DNA from: Octopus vulgaris
Lineage: Eukaryota
Reading direction: 5' to 3'
NCBI GenBank assembly: GCA_951406725.2
Contig: OX597829.1
Span: forward strand, 30,504,001 to 30,568,000
Length of the DNA stretch: 64,000 nucleotides
In this document: positions 13,152 to 26,726 of the stretch, piece after piece
Position numbering within the stretch: position 1 is the stretch's first letter
Layout: each line of letters begins with the position of its first letter
Translations under genes and position numbers: made by a program
The notes under the pieces: model-generated
The model's database searches: none
What the model saw: only the letters and a program-made list of their open reading frames with translations
Told to the model about the DNA's origin: nothing

Positions 13152-14050
13152 CGAGGTGGTATCAAAAAAAGTTCCAGGACTGGTTATGTTTGATAAAATA
13201 TAACTTATTTACCTAAGTTTTAACATCATCTCCTTTGAAATAGTCACCTTGCACAGCAATACACTGGTCCCAGCATTTCTGCCACTTTTGGAATTTGGCC
13301 TGGAAGTCGTTTTCTGTGAGTTCCTCTGGATCTCAACAACAGTGTTAAAATGGCAACCTTTGAGCTGCATTTTCATCTTGGGGAAGAGATAGAAGTCCTC
13401 AGTTGCTAAATCTGGTGAATAGGGCGGGTGTGGAAGCAATACCATGTTGTTTTTGGTGAGAAACTCACAAGTGGAGAGAGCTTGGTGACAGAGATGCATT
13501 GTCATTGTGAAGAATCCGATTCTTCATGCTCCAAACATCTGGTCGCTTTCATTGAATGTCTTCCCTCAAATGCTTCAAAATGTTGCAGTGGAACTCTCGA
13601 TTGACAGTCTGGTCCAAGGGGATGAAGTCTCAATGCTCAATACATATTTATAAGGGTGATGTTTGTGACAGATCTTCCAGATCGTTCATTGTCTTCCAGG
13701 GACATCCTTCCACTTTTGAAGCACCTGTGTTACTTGAAACATTGCGTTCGACCCATTACCTTGTCGCTGTAATCTTGCCAAAGCATGCTCAATGTCTCTG
13801 TAGCAGACTTCCCAAGTTTAGCACAAAATGTCATGTTCGCTCTTTGTTCTCATCCGTGACAAAATCGCTGACTACAGCATACATGTGATCACAAAAACAC
13901 AAATTTCACAATTTGTGATGTAAACACAACAATGTCACTTGGCATTCTACCTCATGAAGGTCACTGCTACCTCTCATTGTACACACAACTGTGTGCTGCC
14001 ATCTGTTGGCATGCTACAGAACAAGAATGAGAACTTTTGATACCACCTCA
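13152..14050 (-). mobile_element. Internally deleted mariner transposon
   Basis: TIRs cgaggtggtatcaaaa..gttc / gaacttttgataccacctc; ORF 13209-13505 contains LLPHPPYSPDLATEDFYLFPKMKMQLKG. Confidence 0.9.
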
Positions 14051-15429
14051 ATATAACAGGTCAGGCTATTAGCATTTTTGCAATGAATATTGCTACTAGG
14101 CACACACACATATGAGCATGTGTGTGTGCGTGCATGCATGCATATGCGCTCTCACGTGTGCACTCCCCTTCTACCAGACCCATTATGAGTTCTGCAAAAT
14201 ACTCAGAAAAGCTATCACACCTCTTAGGAAAATTTTGGTGGCAGTATAGAAGTATGTGATCAGAAAAGATGCGAATTGATTTACGACTGTTTATTTAAAA
14301 TTATTCTAGATAAAGAAGCATGTGTATTTTTTCTTCTTTTTTGTATCTATGTCAGTCTATCTGAACAAGCATTGGTATGTCCCAGAAAAGCCCTCAAAAG
14401 GTAATTAATGGGGTGTGAATTACACAACATACTTTTACTTGAAAAAAGTATGAAAAATATGTCATTGAATCTCAAATGTGACATAGAATAAAGTATTATA
14501 AAATTGAACCCAGAATTTTGTTTCATTTTTCATTTGTAAATGGATATATTTTAGTTCTAAATCTCAGAGTTTTAATGACTCACTGTATTTTTTAAGCTGG
14601 TGAAGGCCTAGATCAGTACAGCATGTGGATGCAGATACTCTACATTTTTGTAAAGGAAGGTTATTATCAATTAGCATTTAGATTACTTTGTCAAATGTAA
14701 TGTTTATTTATTCATACTGTTTTGAATTGATCATGCAGTCTCATAGCTTTGTGATTTCAATGATGTGTTTACTTTTAAAATGATATTGTAGGGTAGGTGT
14801 GTGAGGCAAATCTGGCTGATCTGAAGATGAAACAGGTAGAATATTTTGGTCAGATATGGCTGGTTTAAATGCCGTGATCAATAGACATGTCACCTTCACC
14901 ATCACAGCCATCTTCATCATCATTGTCATTTTATTCTTTTATTCTTTTACTTGTTTCAGCCATGTGGCTGTGGTCATACTGGAGCACCATCATGGTCTTT
15001 CTGTTTTCTCAGTCTGGGGTGTTTCACATTATGACTTCTGTATGTGCCTTTGCACCAGCTATTGGCCCATTTCCTGTATAAGGGAGTTTAATTCTGCTGC
15101 CCTTGTGTGCACTTCACGTTGGACATCTGGTATTGTGGAGAGTAGTGTGTTTAGTTCCTTTTAGAAGACATCTACTTCAGCCTTATGCAAATTTCTTAAT
15201 TTTTGTGGCAGGTTTGGAAAAGCTCTGGCATGATTTGGACAAGCTCTCTGAGGCACTACTTTATGACCAGACACTTTTCCTATTGCCAACCTTTTAACCC
15301 ACCTTTCATGACATACACCAAATATGGTGTACCTTTTTTAAAACCAGAATACAATAAATATTTTGTAAGAATTTTTTCTTTCAGAATTAAGTTTCTATAA
15401 CTTGCTGCTATGAAAAATGGACTCAGTAA

Positions 15430-15560
15430 CTCAGACTTGTTAAGATGAGCTTGGTCAGTTAGGCTCAGTGTGATGGGCTTGATCAGTTGGGCTCAGTGTG
15501 ATGGGCTTGATAAGTTGAGTTCAGTGTGATGGGCTTGATAAGTTAGGTTTTGTAAGATGG
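15430..15560 (+). repeat. ~28 bp minisatellite, 4-5 units
   Basis: cagtgtgatgggcttgat(c/a)agttg(g/a)g(c/t)t repeated. Confidence 0.85.
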
Positions 15561-16837
15561 ATTAATTCTGGTTAAGTCAAGGAAGGAAGGAAGGCAACCT
15601 TGAAATTATAAATTAGAATGAATTAAAGCAAAAAAACAAGTTAGCAATGCAGTGGTTAGTGAGTCATCTTGTCAATACAATCACAACACTAGGAATGTTT
15701 CAGCCTTATTAGACCTCTTCAGTGAAGTTTAGTTTTAATAGCAACAGCTGACAAAGTTAAATGCTGGTTTGCAATGTTCCCATATCTATCATATATATTG
15801 CTGGCATCAGGCAAGAGAAATAGCATCATCTGGAGAGAGAAACTGGGCCTCAAACTGAGTTTGTTGTTTATTTTACCTTCAATACATGTCAACCTTACTC
15901 TATAGTACCTATCTGTCTGTCTACCATCATTTTAACATCCACTTTTCCACGCTTGCATGGGTCAGATGAAGCTTATTAAAGCAGATTTTCTATTGTTAGA
16001 TGCCCTTCTTGTAACCAATCCTCACCTGTTTCCAAGTGAGGTAATATTACCTACAGCCAGGCATGTTTTCACTGAATATCAGAAATGAATGACACTGCTC
16101 GTATGACAGTCACATTCGTTTACAACTATGATGCAATGTTAAAATAAGGAAACATAAAATTACACATACTCACATATACATATATGCATGCACACACTTA
16201 CACACACACAGACACACACACACACACACATTAACTATGTGTGTGTGTGTGTGTGTGTGTGTAACTTAACAATATAGTGAATTAAATTTTTTCTTTAACC
16301 TTAAATTTTCAAGTTGAAAAGTCCTTTTCAAAAAGGTATTATTCTGAACAATTGTTTGTGTTTGGTTCAGAAAGGCAAACAAAAATTTTCTGGTCTGAAA
16401 ACCATGATGTTGGTAGCATTCCATTTGATCTAAAAGTTCAAAAGCTATTTTTTCCATCAATGACTTTTTCTTAGCAAGTCATTTGAAGTGACTATTAAAC
16501 ATTTTTATTCAACATTTAACATCTATGAGAAAAATAAATAAATTTTTTTAAAATGAATGAAAATAACTTTTGAACTTTTGGTCAACTGACAGCTTGTAAG
16601 ATCATAGAATGCCACAAGCACCACTACTTTTAGAGCAGAAAATTTTGATTTACCCTTTGGGACTGTTCATTTTCAAAATGGTTTAAACAACATTTTTAAA
16701 ACAAATTGTTTTTTAAAATAGTCATTTGGAAAGTACTTTTTATTTTTAAAGTTGAAAGTTTAAGATATAAAAAGGAAAATATGTTTTCCTTTTTATATCT
16801 TAGCATTGTTCAAGCATTGTTAAAGCTTTTGCCTGAG

Positions 16838-17055
16838 ACTGGTGCATAGCTTAGTGGTTAGGGTGTTGCACTAATGATCTAGCGATCGTGATTTCAATTC
16901 CTAGACCGAGTGGTGCATTGTGTTCTTGAGCTAAACACTTCCCCTCATGTTGCTCTGCAATCACTTCAACATCTAACGTGTGGCACACAGTGCACCTGTT
17001 CAGACAACGTCAATTTGATGGATGGAGTGAGCTAATGAACATTTGATCACTTGTC
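16838..17055 (+). mobile_element. tRNA-derived SINE (CORE-like body)
   Basis: tagcttagtggttagggtg...ttcaattcc head; gtgttcttgagctaaacactt body. Confidence 0.7.
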
Positions 17056-17544
17056 ATTAGGCTTTTACTGAATGGCTATATGTTATCTTCGAAGGGAGAG
17101 TCCATTATATATCTTTTTATCTCATAAAACTTCTAAAATATCTCATATACCTCACTTAAATATATATCATCACCATCGTCCTCATTTAATGTCCTTTTTT
17201 CCAAGCTGGCATGGGCTGGACAGATCGACAAGAGTAGACAAGCCTGAGGCTTCCGATGGGTTCTATGCATGCTTTGACAAGGGATCTACAGCTGAATTTC
17301 CTTCCCTAACACCAACCATTTAACAAAGTGTACTGGCTGCTGTTTTACATTGGCACCAGCACTGTGAGGGGGTATAGACAAGAGACTATAATAGAGAGAG
17401 AAGCAGGTGTCATGCTCTTATATATATATATACTTGCTTAGCAACCATGCAGTTTTGGGTTCAGTGTCTTAATATGACTCTGGACTGACTAATGCCTTGG
17501 CTAATGAAAACTGTGTCAAAGCCCATCTCACACATACACATAAG

Positions 17545-18125
17545 TGGAGGTGTGGTTGTGTGATAAGAAACTACCTTCCCAACCACATGGTTCCAGATTC
17601 AATCCCACTGCATGGCATCTTGGACAAATGTCTTCTATTACAACCTTGGACTGACCAAAGCCTTGTGTGTGGGTTTGGTAAACAAAAACTAAAAAGGAGC
17701 CCGTCATATGCATGTGTGCATGGTCAAAGACAAAGGACTGAAACAAGTAAAAAAAAAAAGGTGCAGGCATAATTGTATGAAAAGAAGCTTGTTTTGCAAC
17801 CACATGGTTTCAGGTTCAATCCCATTGTGTGGCACTTTGGGCAAATGTCTTCTACTATAGCCTCAGGCTGGTCAAAGCCTTGTGAATGGATTTGCAGTGT
17901 GGAAACTGAAAGAAGCCTGCTGCATGTGTGTGTGTGTGTGTGTGTATTCACCACCACTTGACAACTGGTGTTGCTATGTTTATGTCCCCATAACTTAGAG
18001 GTTCGGCAAAAGAGACCAAAAAAAAATAAATACCAGACTTAGAGAAAAGTGAAGTACCGAGGTCACATCATTCAACTAAAATTCTTCAAAGCAGTATCCC
18101 AGCAGGAAACAAATAAAAGATAAAA
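17545..18125 (+). mobile_element. Two tandem copies of the abundant microsatellite-containing SINE (family A)
   Basis: ccacatggttccag.ttca.tccca...ggcaaatgtcttctactatagcc...ggaaactgaaagaagcc, as in 59932-60389. Confidence 0.8.
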
Positions 18126-18934
18126 GTTAATTGAATATTAATCTAGCGCTCTTCCAACATGCCAAAATAAAAAGACAGTGGAGCAGCATTGTTTGATTTT
18201 TATTTCTATGAAATAACAGAAAGCAATAACTATAGAAATGAAATTTGAAATCATAAATGAACAAAAAGCTTGAAGAACCATTGAAGTCAATGACTGGCAG
18301 AAAAATGATAATCTTGAGTGTAAGTTTTTATTTCATAATATTATGTGTACCAGTGGTACACGTACATAATATTATGAAGAAATAAACCTACATTCAAGAC
18401 TTGTTTGTCCATTGTGAAAAAAAAATGATTAGTAAATGAGGTTTCATTAAAAGTTGTCATTAGCTGATCCTTTATTAATTACATTTTAAAACATTGCATT
18501 AATGTCTTTTAGATTTCTACGATTTCCTTGTAAAATACTTTCAAAGTTTGAATTAATTTCAGTGTCAAATAATCAGTTGTATCCAAGACATTAGCCACTG
18601 GGGAACAGACAGTTTCAATTTATTTTTCATTGCTACTGACAACAGAGTGTTTTTTATTTCATTACAGTCTCCAAAGAATACTTCAGCTGCATGTTATCAT
18701 GTTCTAAACTCATGTTGTTCCATTGTAATTGACTTCAAGTAGTCATTGTTATTAGTCACTGGTCTCAAGATTTCATTGGAATCTATTGGTACTTTTGATG
18801 TACCTTTCTTGTTATCTGTTTCATTTCCATATTTGTGGTATGGTTTTTACATTTCGTATCCTGTTTGCTATTCACTTGTAGTGTACACTTGAGTGAAATA
18901 CCTCTCCCCTTTATCATATATATGAGCATTCAAA

Positions 18935-20030
18935 TGTAGCAGATAACAGCTAAACTTTGAACCCTGCTATTTGAACCCCATTGTGTTCACTACTCTGATT
19001 GGTTGGTATTGGCACAATTTGTCTCTAAACTCTATTTCACCAATATGCAGCATATAACCAATCAGAACCCCTAAATCAGATCATGTTAGACAGCCTTTTC
19101 TCAACCACATTGAACCTACTGTTCATTATAAAAACCCAGCTACTCCTCATCTCGAAGTTTTTGGTTCCAGACCTTTTAAGGTCTAGCTACTGACCACACA
19201 AGACACAACCAGTTCAAACGACAATGCCAGACAGCACCTGTTCAACAGCAAAATGCCCAGGTTTCAACACAGCACTGTTCATGAATTATGGACCTTTTCG
19301 GTTTGAACGGCAGTTTTTTCTAGCGGTGTCATATGAAATTGTCACCCATAATTATGACCCTAGTATCAATCTATTGCATTTCAATCTGTTTTAGGGTTAG
19401 GGTTAGTTAGGATTAGGGTTAGTTAGGGTTAGGGTTAGGGGTGGGGAGAAGGGTATCTTTTTTTCTTCACAAATGTAAAGAAACCCAATCTGTTTCTTAA
19501 ACGAGGGACATATTCATACAGCACAGAATGTTTTTTTTTACCTCAATGGACGTCATTGATTGGTTGAAATTGCAGAAATTAAAGAAAAAAAACAACAAAT
19601 ATCTTACAAACTATAGAATTTTCTCAATAAATCCAAAAGAAAAAGATGTTTTATAAACACATTCTACCAGTATACGAAGTTTAAAATTTTTTAGTTACCT
19701 AGAAATTATGTTAAAAACTGCTGTTCAAACCGAAAAGATCCTGAATTACTTTACCATGATTTAACAGCAAAGATACAACCTGCGAGCCAGATGACAACAC
19801 CTGTCCAACAGCATTACAGCAATCTCTTTCTTCATTGCCACCATCATCTTCTTAATGTCATCAATATCATCTCTCTACATACACAGCAACTAGCACAGGT
19901 TTCAACACAGCACTGTTCATGAATTATACTTCACCATGGTTAACAGTGAATAGACAACCTGCGAGAACTCCTGTACAAGTGTCCTAGACATGTACAGCAC
20001 AGACTCTGCATCATCATCGCAACTTCTTGA
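18935..20030 (+). mobile_element. Possible solo-LTR-like repeat with CCAAT and TATA boxes and internal direct repeats
   Basis: Starts near tgtagc; ctgattggtt (~18995) and aaccaatcag (19056); tataaaa (19127); duplicated ggtttcaacacagcactgttcatgaatta at ~19260 and ~19898. 3' end not defined. Confidence 0.35.
19290..19741. mobile_element. Non-autonomous DNA transposon (Merlin-like) with internal TTAGGG repeats
   Basis: 29 bp TIRs ggaccttttcggtttgaacggcagttttt / aaaaactgctgttcaaaccgaaaagatcc (27/29 match); TSD tgaatta(t/c); ttaggg units at ~19391-19440. Confidence 0.85.
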
Positions 20031-20042
20031 TACAGTATTTCT

Positions 20043-20272
20043 TATTTCTTTATTGCCCACAAGGGGCTAAACATAGAGGGGACAAACAAGGACAGGCAAA
20101 GGGATTAAGTTGATTACATCAACCTCAGTGTGTAACTGATACTTAATTTATTGACCCCGAAAGGATGAAAGGCAAAGTTGACCTCGGCGGAATTTGAACT
20201 CAGATTGTAAAGACAGATAAAATACCTGTAAGCATTTTGCCCAGTGTGCTAATGTTTCTGCCAACTTGCCGC
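20043..20272 (-). mobile_element. Meta-type SINE with 17 bp TSD
   Basis: Reverse complement of the 3319 family; cttgatacagtatttct at 20026-20042 and 20273-20289. Confidence 0.9.
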
Positions 20273-21096
20273 CTTGATACAGTATTTCTATCACCATGTA
20301 CAATTGACCACAAACTGGTATTTTTCAATCTGGTGTCTATAAACATTTGTCTAACTTCTCATTATAGATTCTTCTGTTATCCTCATTGTTGTTCTTATAT
20401 GTACTTAACGCACACATACATCCATGCCTATACACACATACACTTTGTTCTCATGATGGTCTGTCTATTATTCTGTATACACGATGCACACACAGACACA
20501 AGATACATGTTAAGCTATCAATAAAACCCCTCTCTTTCCCTCACTGGCATATTATATGCATTATTCCAGCCTTCTGAACAGAGTCGTTATTAGATAGTTT
20601 TACCACACTTCCACGACCATCTATTCACTAATTGAGATTTGGTTATTGCATCGGGTTCGGGTAAATCCTTGACATCTACTTCAGAATTGGGTGTTCCTAA
20701 CTTTGAGTTATCACCAACATTCTTAACGTTTTTTTCTTGCAATATTGAACATGTAGTTCTAGTTTGCCTCAATGAAAGCTTTAAACCACAACCTGAAGAA
20801 AGAGTTGTATTTAAATGTTCCCTTGATGAGGTCATCAATATAAATGCCCTTCATATTTATCGAACTCAGCAAGGACAATGCCTTATAAATTTTTCTTTGC
20901 TTCAAAAAAAATGTAAAGAGTTGCCTCTTTTGTGTATAAATACTATACACTTCATATATGAAGACAATATATATATATATAAGAAATTACAATTCACCAT
21001 GTGGGGATAATCGAAATTCCTTTCTTCTGTTGCTATATATATATATATGTAGAAGGTTGAAAAGGAACACACGAGTTGATACATATATATATATAT

Positions 21097-21402
21097 GGGA
21101 AAAAAAGTCAAGGTAGAAAATGCTAAAATAATTTTATAAAAAACATTTTAGTACCAGTTTCAGTCATTGAGACTTTTTCAACTCTAAGTATGGAAAAGAA
21201 TTGAATTTTGGAAAAATTCAATTTTGGGAAAATTGAATGAAAAGTTTTTTTAAAAGAATATTTGTATAGTATTCAAATACAAGGGGCATTTTCCTTCTTT
21301 CTGCCTGTCTCTGTCTCTCTTGTTTATTCTTGTTGGTTCAAGGTACTAAAATGGTTTTTTAGAAAATTTTTTTTATCATTTTCTACCTTTGACATTTTTT
21401 CC
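21097..21402. mobile_element. (TA)n-flanked element with ~60 bp inverted arms and a hammerhead-like motif (Penelope-type remnant)
   Basis: 21097-21155 is the imperfect reverse complement of 21342-21402; hammerhead-like motif on the minus strand at 21147-21187. Confidence 0.65.
21147..21187 (-). ncRNA. Minimal type I hammerhead ribozyme, U3-A8 core variant (possibly decayed)
   Basis: UUGAAAA-AGUC(UCAAU)GACU-GAAA-CUG-GUA; stem I is only ~2 bp. Confidence 0.5.
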
Positions 21403-21435
<33 letters not shown>

Positions 21436-21469
21436 AAACATCATCTAACTGGCAATTGTGCAGAGGTGC

Positions 21470-22045
21470 AGAAAGAATGATGATATCGAAACAGCAACAA
21501 ATTTATTCTAGAAACATAGAAGAAATAACAGAGGAATATGGTTACACATCCTCACAAATTTTAATGTAGATGAAATGAACCTATTTTGGAAGTGCATGCC
21601 AGCAAGAAGCCACACTGCAGAAAGTAAAAGAAACACACACTGATGTCAATTCTTAAAGTAACTAAAGATCGGTTAACATCAATGCTTGGAGCTAATGCAG
21701 CTGGAGACTAAATCAAAACCTATACTTGTGCATCATGCTGAAGATACAAGAGTTATTAATGGCCTTGAAACATCTACACTTGCACTCGTGAAAAATAAAA
21801 AGTTTCAGCTGCTGTGCTACTGTTTGAAGATTGGTTTGTTTTTCACATCACTTTCAAGTCAAAAAAGATTGTGACGAGAAAAATATTGTTTCGTTATCAT
21901 AGATAATGTACTTTGTTATCCTTAGTCTCTGCAACATTATCATCCAAATATTAGGTTAATGTTTATGTCATCAAGTATAACATCTCTTTTGCGAAAAATT
22001 GGACTAAATGTTATTGCAACTTTTAAATAGTATTATATGATGCCC
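21470..22045 (+). mobile_element. pogo/Tigger-family DDE transposase remnant
   Basis: Frameshifted translation GYTSSQI-NVDEMNLFWKCMPARS...KDRLTSMLGANAAGD-KSKPILV...IIDNV...VIATFK*YY. Confidence 0.85.
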
Positions 22046-22519
22046 AACACCAAAAGAATTATGGAAATTATTCAATATTCTGGATCTAGTAAGTGTGGTA
22101 AAAATAATTTTTTAAAAATTATAATAAAAAGAGTTTGGAACACAGTTATACAGAGTTAGTTTGATATCCACTTTATGATGCTTGCATGGCTCAGACAAAA
22201 TTTTCTAAGGCAGACTTTCTACAACTGGAAGCTCTTTCTGTTGCAAACATTCATCTGTTTCTAAGTAAGGTAGTATTTCCCTGTGGCTGGACATTTTTCA
22301 CAGAATACTGGAAACAAGGAAGCAAATTTTCATTTTCATTTATCATGTAATGTCAAGATAAGGTGATTTTGATGATGTGATTATATATATTTTAGAATGA
22401 TATTGTGGGGTAGGTGTGAGAGGCTAGATCTAGTCAGTTTGAACATTAGACAGGTAAAATACTTGGACTAGATAAGGCCAATTTAATGCTAAAGAGTTAA
22501 TAAATTACTGGTGCATTGT

Positions 22520-22745
22520 TTTGTTTCAATTCAGATATATTCTCTTGGACTTGGCTTTCATTGGACTGCGGCCTTGCTGGAGCACCACTTCGTAGTTTTT
22601 GATGACCAATTCAACCATAGTACTTATTTTAAATCTGGAACTTATTCTCTCAGTCTTTTTTTTTTTTTTTGGCCAAAATGCTAAGTTTTGGAAATGTAAA
22701 CAAACTAACACTAGTTGTCAAGCAGTGTAGGATCAAACACAAACA
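22520..22745 (-). mobile_element. SINE family A, 3' half
   Basis: actgcggccttgctggagcacc...gttgtcaagc matches the family tail. Confidence 0.65.
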
Positions 22746-22850
22746 TATATATATATATTTATTTATCATGTGATTATGTGACTGTCCAGGCTATCAAATG
22801 TTGTTACACATCACTGGTCACGATGCATTTTGCATTGCTTTAGTCTTTAA

Positions 22851-23182
22851 CCCTTTAGTGTTCAGATTACTCTGTTAAATGTAATAGTTTTTCACTCAAA
22901 TTGTTTTGAATTAATCATGCATTATCTTATAGCTTTAGGTTTCAATGATGTGATTGTTTCTATTTAGAATGACATTGTCAGGTAGGTGTGAGAGGCTAGA
23001 TATTGCTGGTTCGAGATGAGGAGTAGCTGGGTTTTTATAATGAACAGTAGGTTCAACATGGTTGAGAAAACGCTGTCTAACCTGATCTGATTTAGGGGCT
23101 CTGATTAGTTATATGCTGCATATATATATATATAACATGTAGAATATCTGGGCCAGATATGGCCGGTTTAAACACTAAAGGG
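22851..23182. mobile_element. piggyBac-type MITE (family 1) carrying a ~113 bp captured insert
   Basis: TTAA TSDs (22847-22850, 23183-23186); 12 bp TIRs ccctttagtgtt / aacactaaaggg; insert at 23010-23123. Confidence 0.9.
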
Positions 23183-24815
23183 TTAAATAATGCTACCCTG
23201 CTGGCTAGGTGAGTTGGCCAACATTTCCCCTGATCAAAAGGGGAACTGAGCAACGAAAAATGAAGTGTTTTGCTCAAGAACTCAATGCACCACACTCTAG
23301 CGATTATGAGTGCAACAGCCTAACTACTAGACCACATGCCTACACATACACACATATACATATATGATGGGTTTCTCACAGTTTCCAAAGTGCTGTGCAG
23401 TGGAACTAAATCCATAACCACATGGTTGTGAAGCCAACATAGGATGTAATAGACAAATGTGAATAATTTGTCTTTATAACAATATCTTTGACTACACTCA
23501 TAATTTATTAATCAAACTATTTGCCTTTAATAAGAATGGATTTAAAAGTAATGTCTAAGTGGACAGATAAGGTACATAACTGCTGATGAAATCCTAAAAC
23601 AAACTTGTAACTAATGTAGCTGATCCCCCTTTTTCTGCCCATAAAGAAATATACAAAGACAAGGAGTTTACATATGTTTATACAGTGTTGGTTAATGGTC
23701 TATAGATATATTCATCATCATAATTTTAATGTCCTCTTTTCCATGCTTGCATCAGTGGGATTCATTGAGATGGATTTTCTAAGGCCGGATGCCCTTACTG
23801 TTGCCAACCCTCACCTATTTCAAAGCAAAGTAAGGCAGTATTTTCTCATGATCAGACATGTTTTCAGAGAAGAAAAGAAATAAAAATGGTGTTTATATGA
23901 TGGTGATGTTTGTTCATAACAATCATATGATTACCAAGACAAATGTACAAACAAACACATGTGCGTGTGTGTGTATATATACATGTATATAAAAAATGGG
24001 ATCCTTTTTAGTTATCATCAACCAAATCCACTCATAAGGTAGGCACAGGGCTTTAGGTGAAGAGGCTTCCCTGAGGTGCTACACAGTGGGACTGAACCCT
24101 AAACCAAGTTGGGAAATGAACTTCTTAACCACATAGCCATGACTGAAAGAAATAACAATCTCACTGCCTATACATTAGTGTACCTAAAAGAAAAAGACAA
24201 ACGGGAATTCTACCCCTGGAGGAATTCAGTGATGATGGGGTGGGGTAGGTCAACATTCCTATATACACATTATTTTGTATTATTTGGGATGGGGTATATA
24301 ATCTCAAAGACTACCTGGGGTAGCGTAATTCCCTGTTACATTATCGTAACTATATGAGATTTTTTTTATTTCACCGAAATAAAGAGAGAAGGTAATGGTA
24401 AGATTAAAAAAAAAATACAGGAGATCTTGTGGTATTCATCCAGTTTCGTGACATGGACCCTAAATAGAGAACTACAGCAGCATGGAATGGACCTAACTCT
24501 TCTGTTCTGTCAAATAGCAATACATTTTGGAAATAATGTTCTTGATACAGATCTAAATCTATTTGGATGGGCAATAATGCATACATAGATATATACACAG
24601 ACATACATATAGATATGCAAACATTTACACATACGCACATATATATCAATGTATGATTTTTATGCACAGCCATTCATAATTAAACATTAACCGAAAGGGC
24701 ATGCAATACAATAAACTAAAAATAAAATTTATTGTTACAAGAATCCTTTCATTACACACAGACGTGTGTGTAAGTATTTGACTAATATATGTGCATATAT
24801 TTTTATGCATATATT

Positions 24816-24850
<35 letters not shown>

Positions 24851-25139
24851 TTCGTTAAAGAATATTTTTATATGTATAAAATCTAAACAAACTGAAGGAA
24901 GGGACTCATTATAAGTGTAAAGTTGTATATAATTTCATTGACAATGATGCAACAGTAATTTTGCTGTTGTTATATATAATACATACATAAAAATGTGTGC
25001 GCACACACACACACATTAAATATAGCAAATTAAATTACAAAAAGCAAAAAAAAAAATGCAAGGAACGTTCACAGTTGATATTAGGTTGACACTCATGGAA
25101 GGAAAAAAAGTCATTGAGTAAAAGTTATTAAGTGAAAAT

Positions 25140-25820
<681 letters not shown>

Positions 25821-26379
25821 TTTAGAAGGAGAGAGAGAGAGAAAGAGAGCAATGATATGTACACATATATAAATACAAAACATATGCATGTACACATACA
25901 TATTTATGTACAAGTTATTGACATTTTATAGTGGAAGAAATATTTTCGCAAGAGGGGTACACACGATAGGGGGCAAAATATAGTTTATCACACACACACA
26001 CACATAAATGTGTGAAAGGTGAGCAAAAAAAAAATGGAGTGGGGAGGGAAATGGAAGATATGGATGGGTGAAGGAGGAATAGGGATGAAAGGGAAGGGAC
26101 ACAGAAATGAAAGGTATTAGGGTAAGGCAAAATTGTATTTGAGTGTTTATCAGAGAGAGAGAGAGGGGGGAGGATAGAGTGAGAGTAAGAGAGAGGGTAA
26201 GAGAAGGAAAGACAGAGGGAAGGAGGGAGAGAAATGTCATATGAGAACAGACATTTGCACACAGCTTGCACTTCATGCAACACATGATCTCACATAATCA
26301 TACTGTAACATATACTCAAATACACACCCAAACACATTACACGCACAAACATGCAAACGTTTACACATACATACACACA

Positions 26380-26417
<38 letters not shown>

Positions 26418-26726
26418 GAGTCAACCAATATCTCAATATATGGTTAAGCATTATCAGGTTTTGTTATGTGCAGAATTCTGTCTCCAAGAAGACAAAAATG
26501 CTTAACATTGTAGTTTCTGTAATGAAATGCTTTCTGAAATATTTAAAATATTTACATGCTGTATAATTGTATGCACGTGTGCACATCTGTCTGCCTGCCT
26601 GTCTGTCTACATACACACACACACACACACAAACACAAACACACACACACACATATATATATGAATATATACACATGCATATGTATATGCATGTGTGTGT
26701 GTGTATAAATATGTATGTATGTATGT

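Noticed and set aside
15430-15560. CRISPR-like regular repeats
   Set aside because: No unique spacers; eukaryotic minisatellite.
19391-19440. TTAGGG tract as a chromosome-fusion or telomere-healing scar
   Set aside because: Short, impure and enclosed within a TIR/TSD-bounded transposon.
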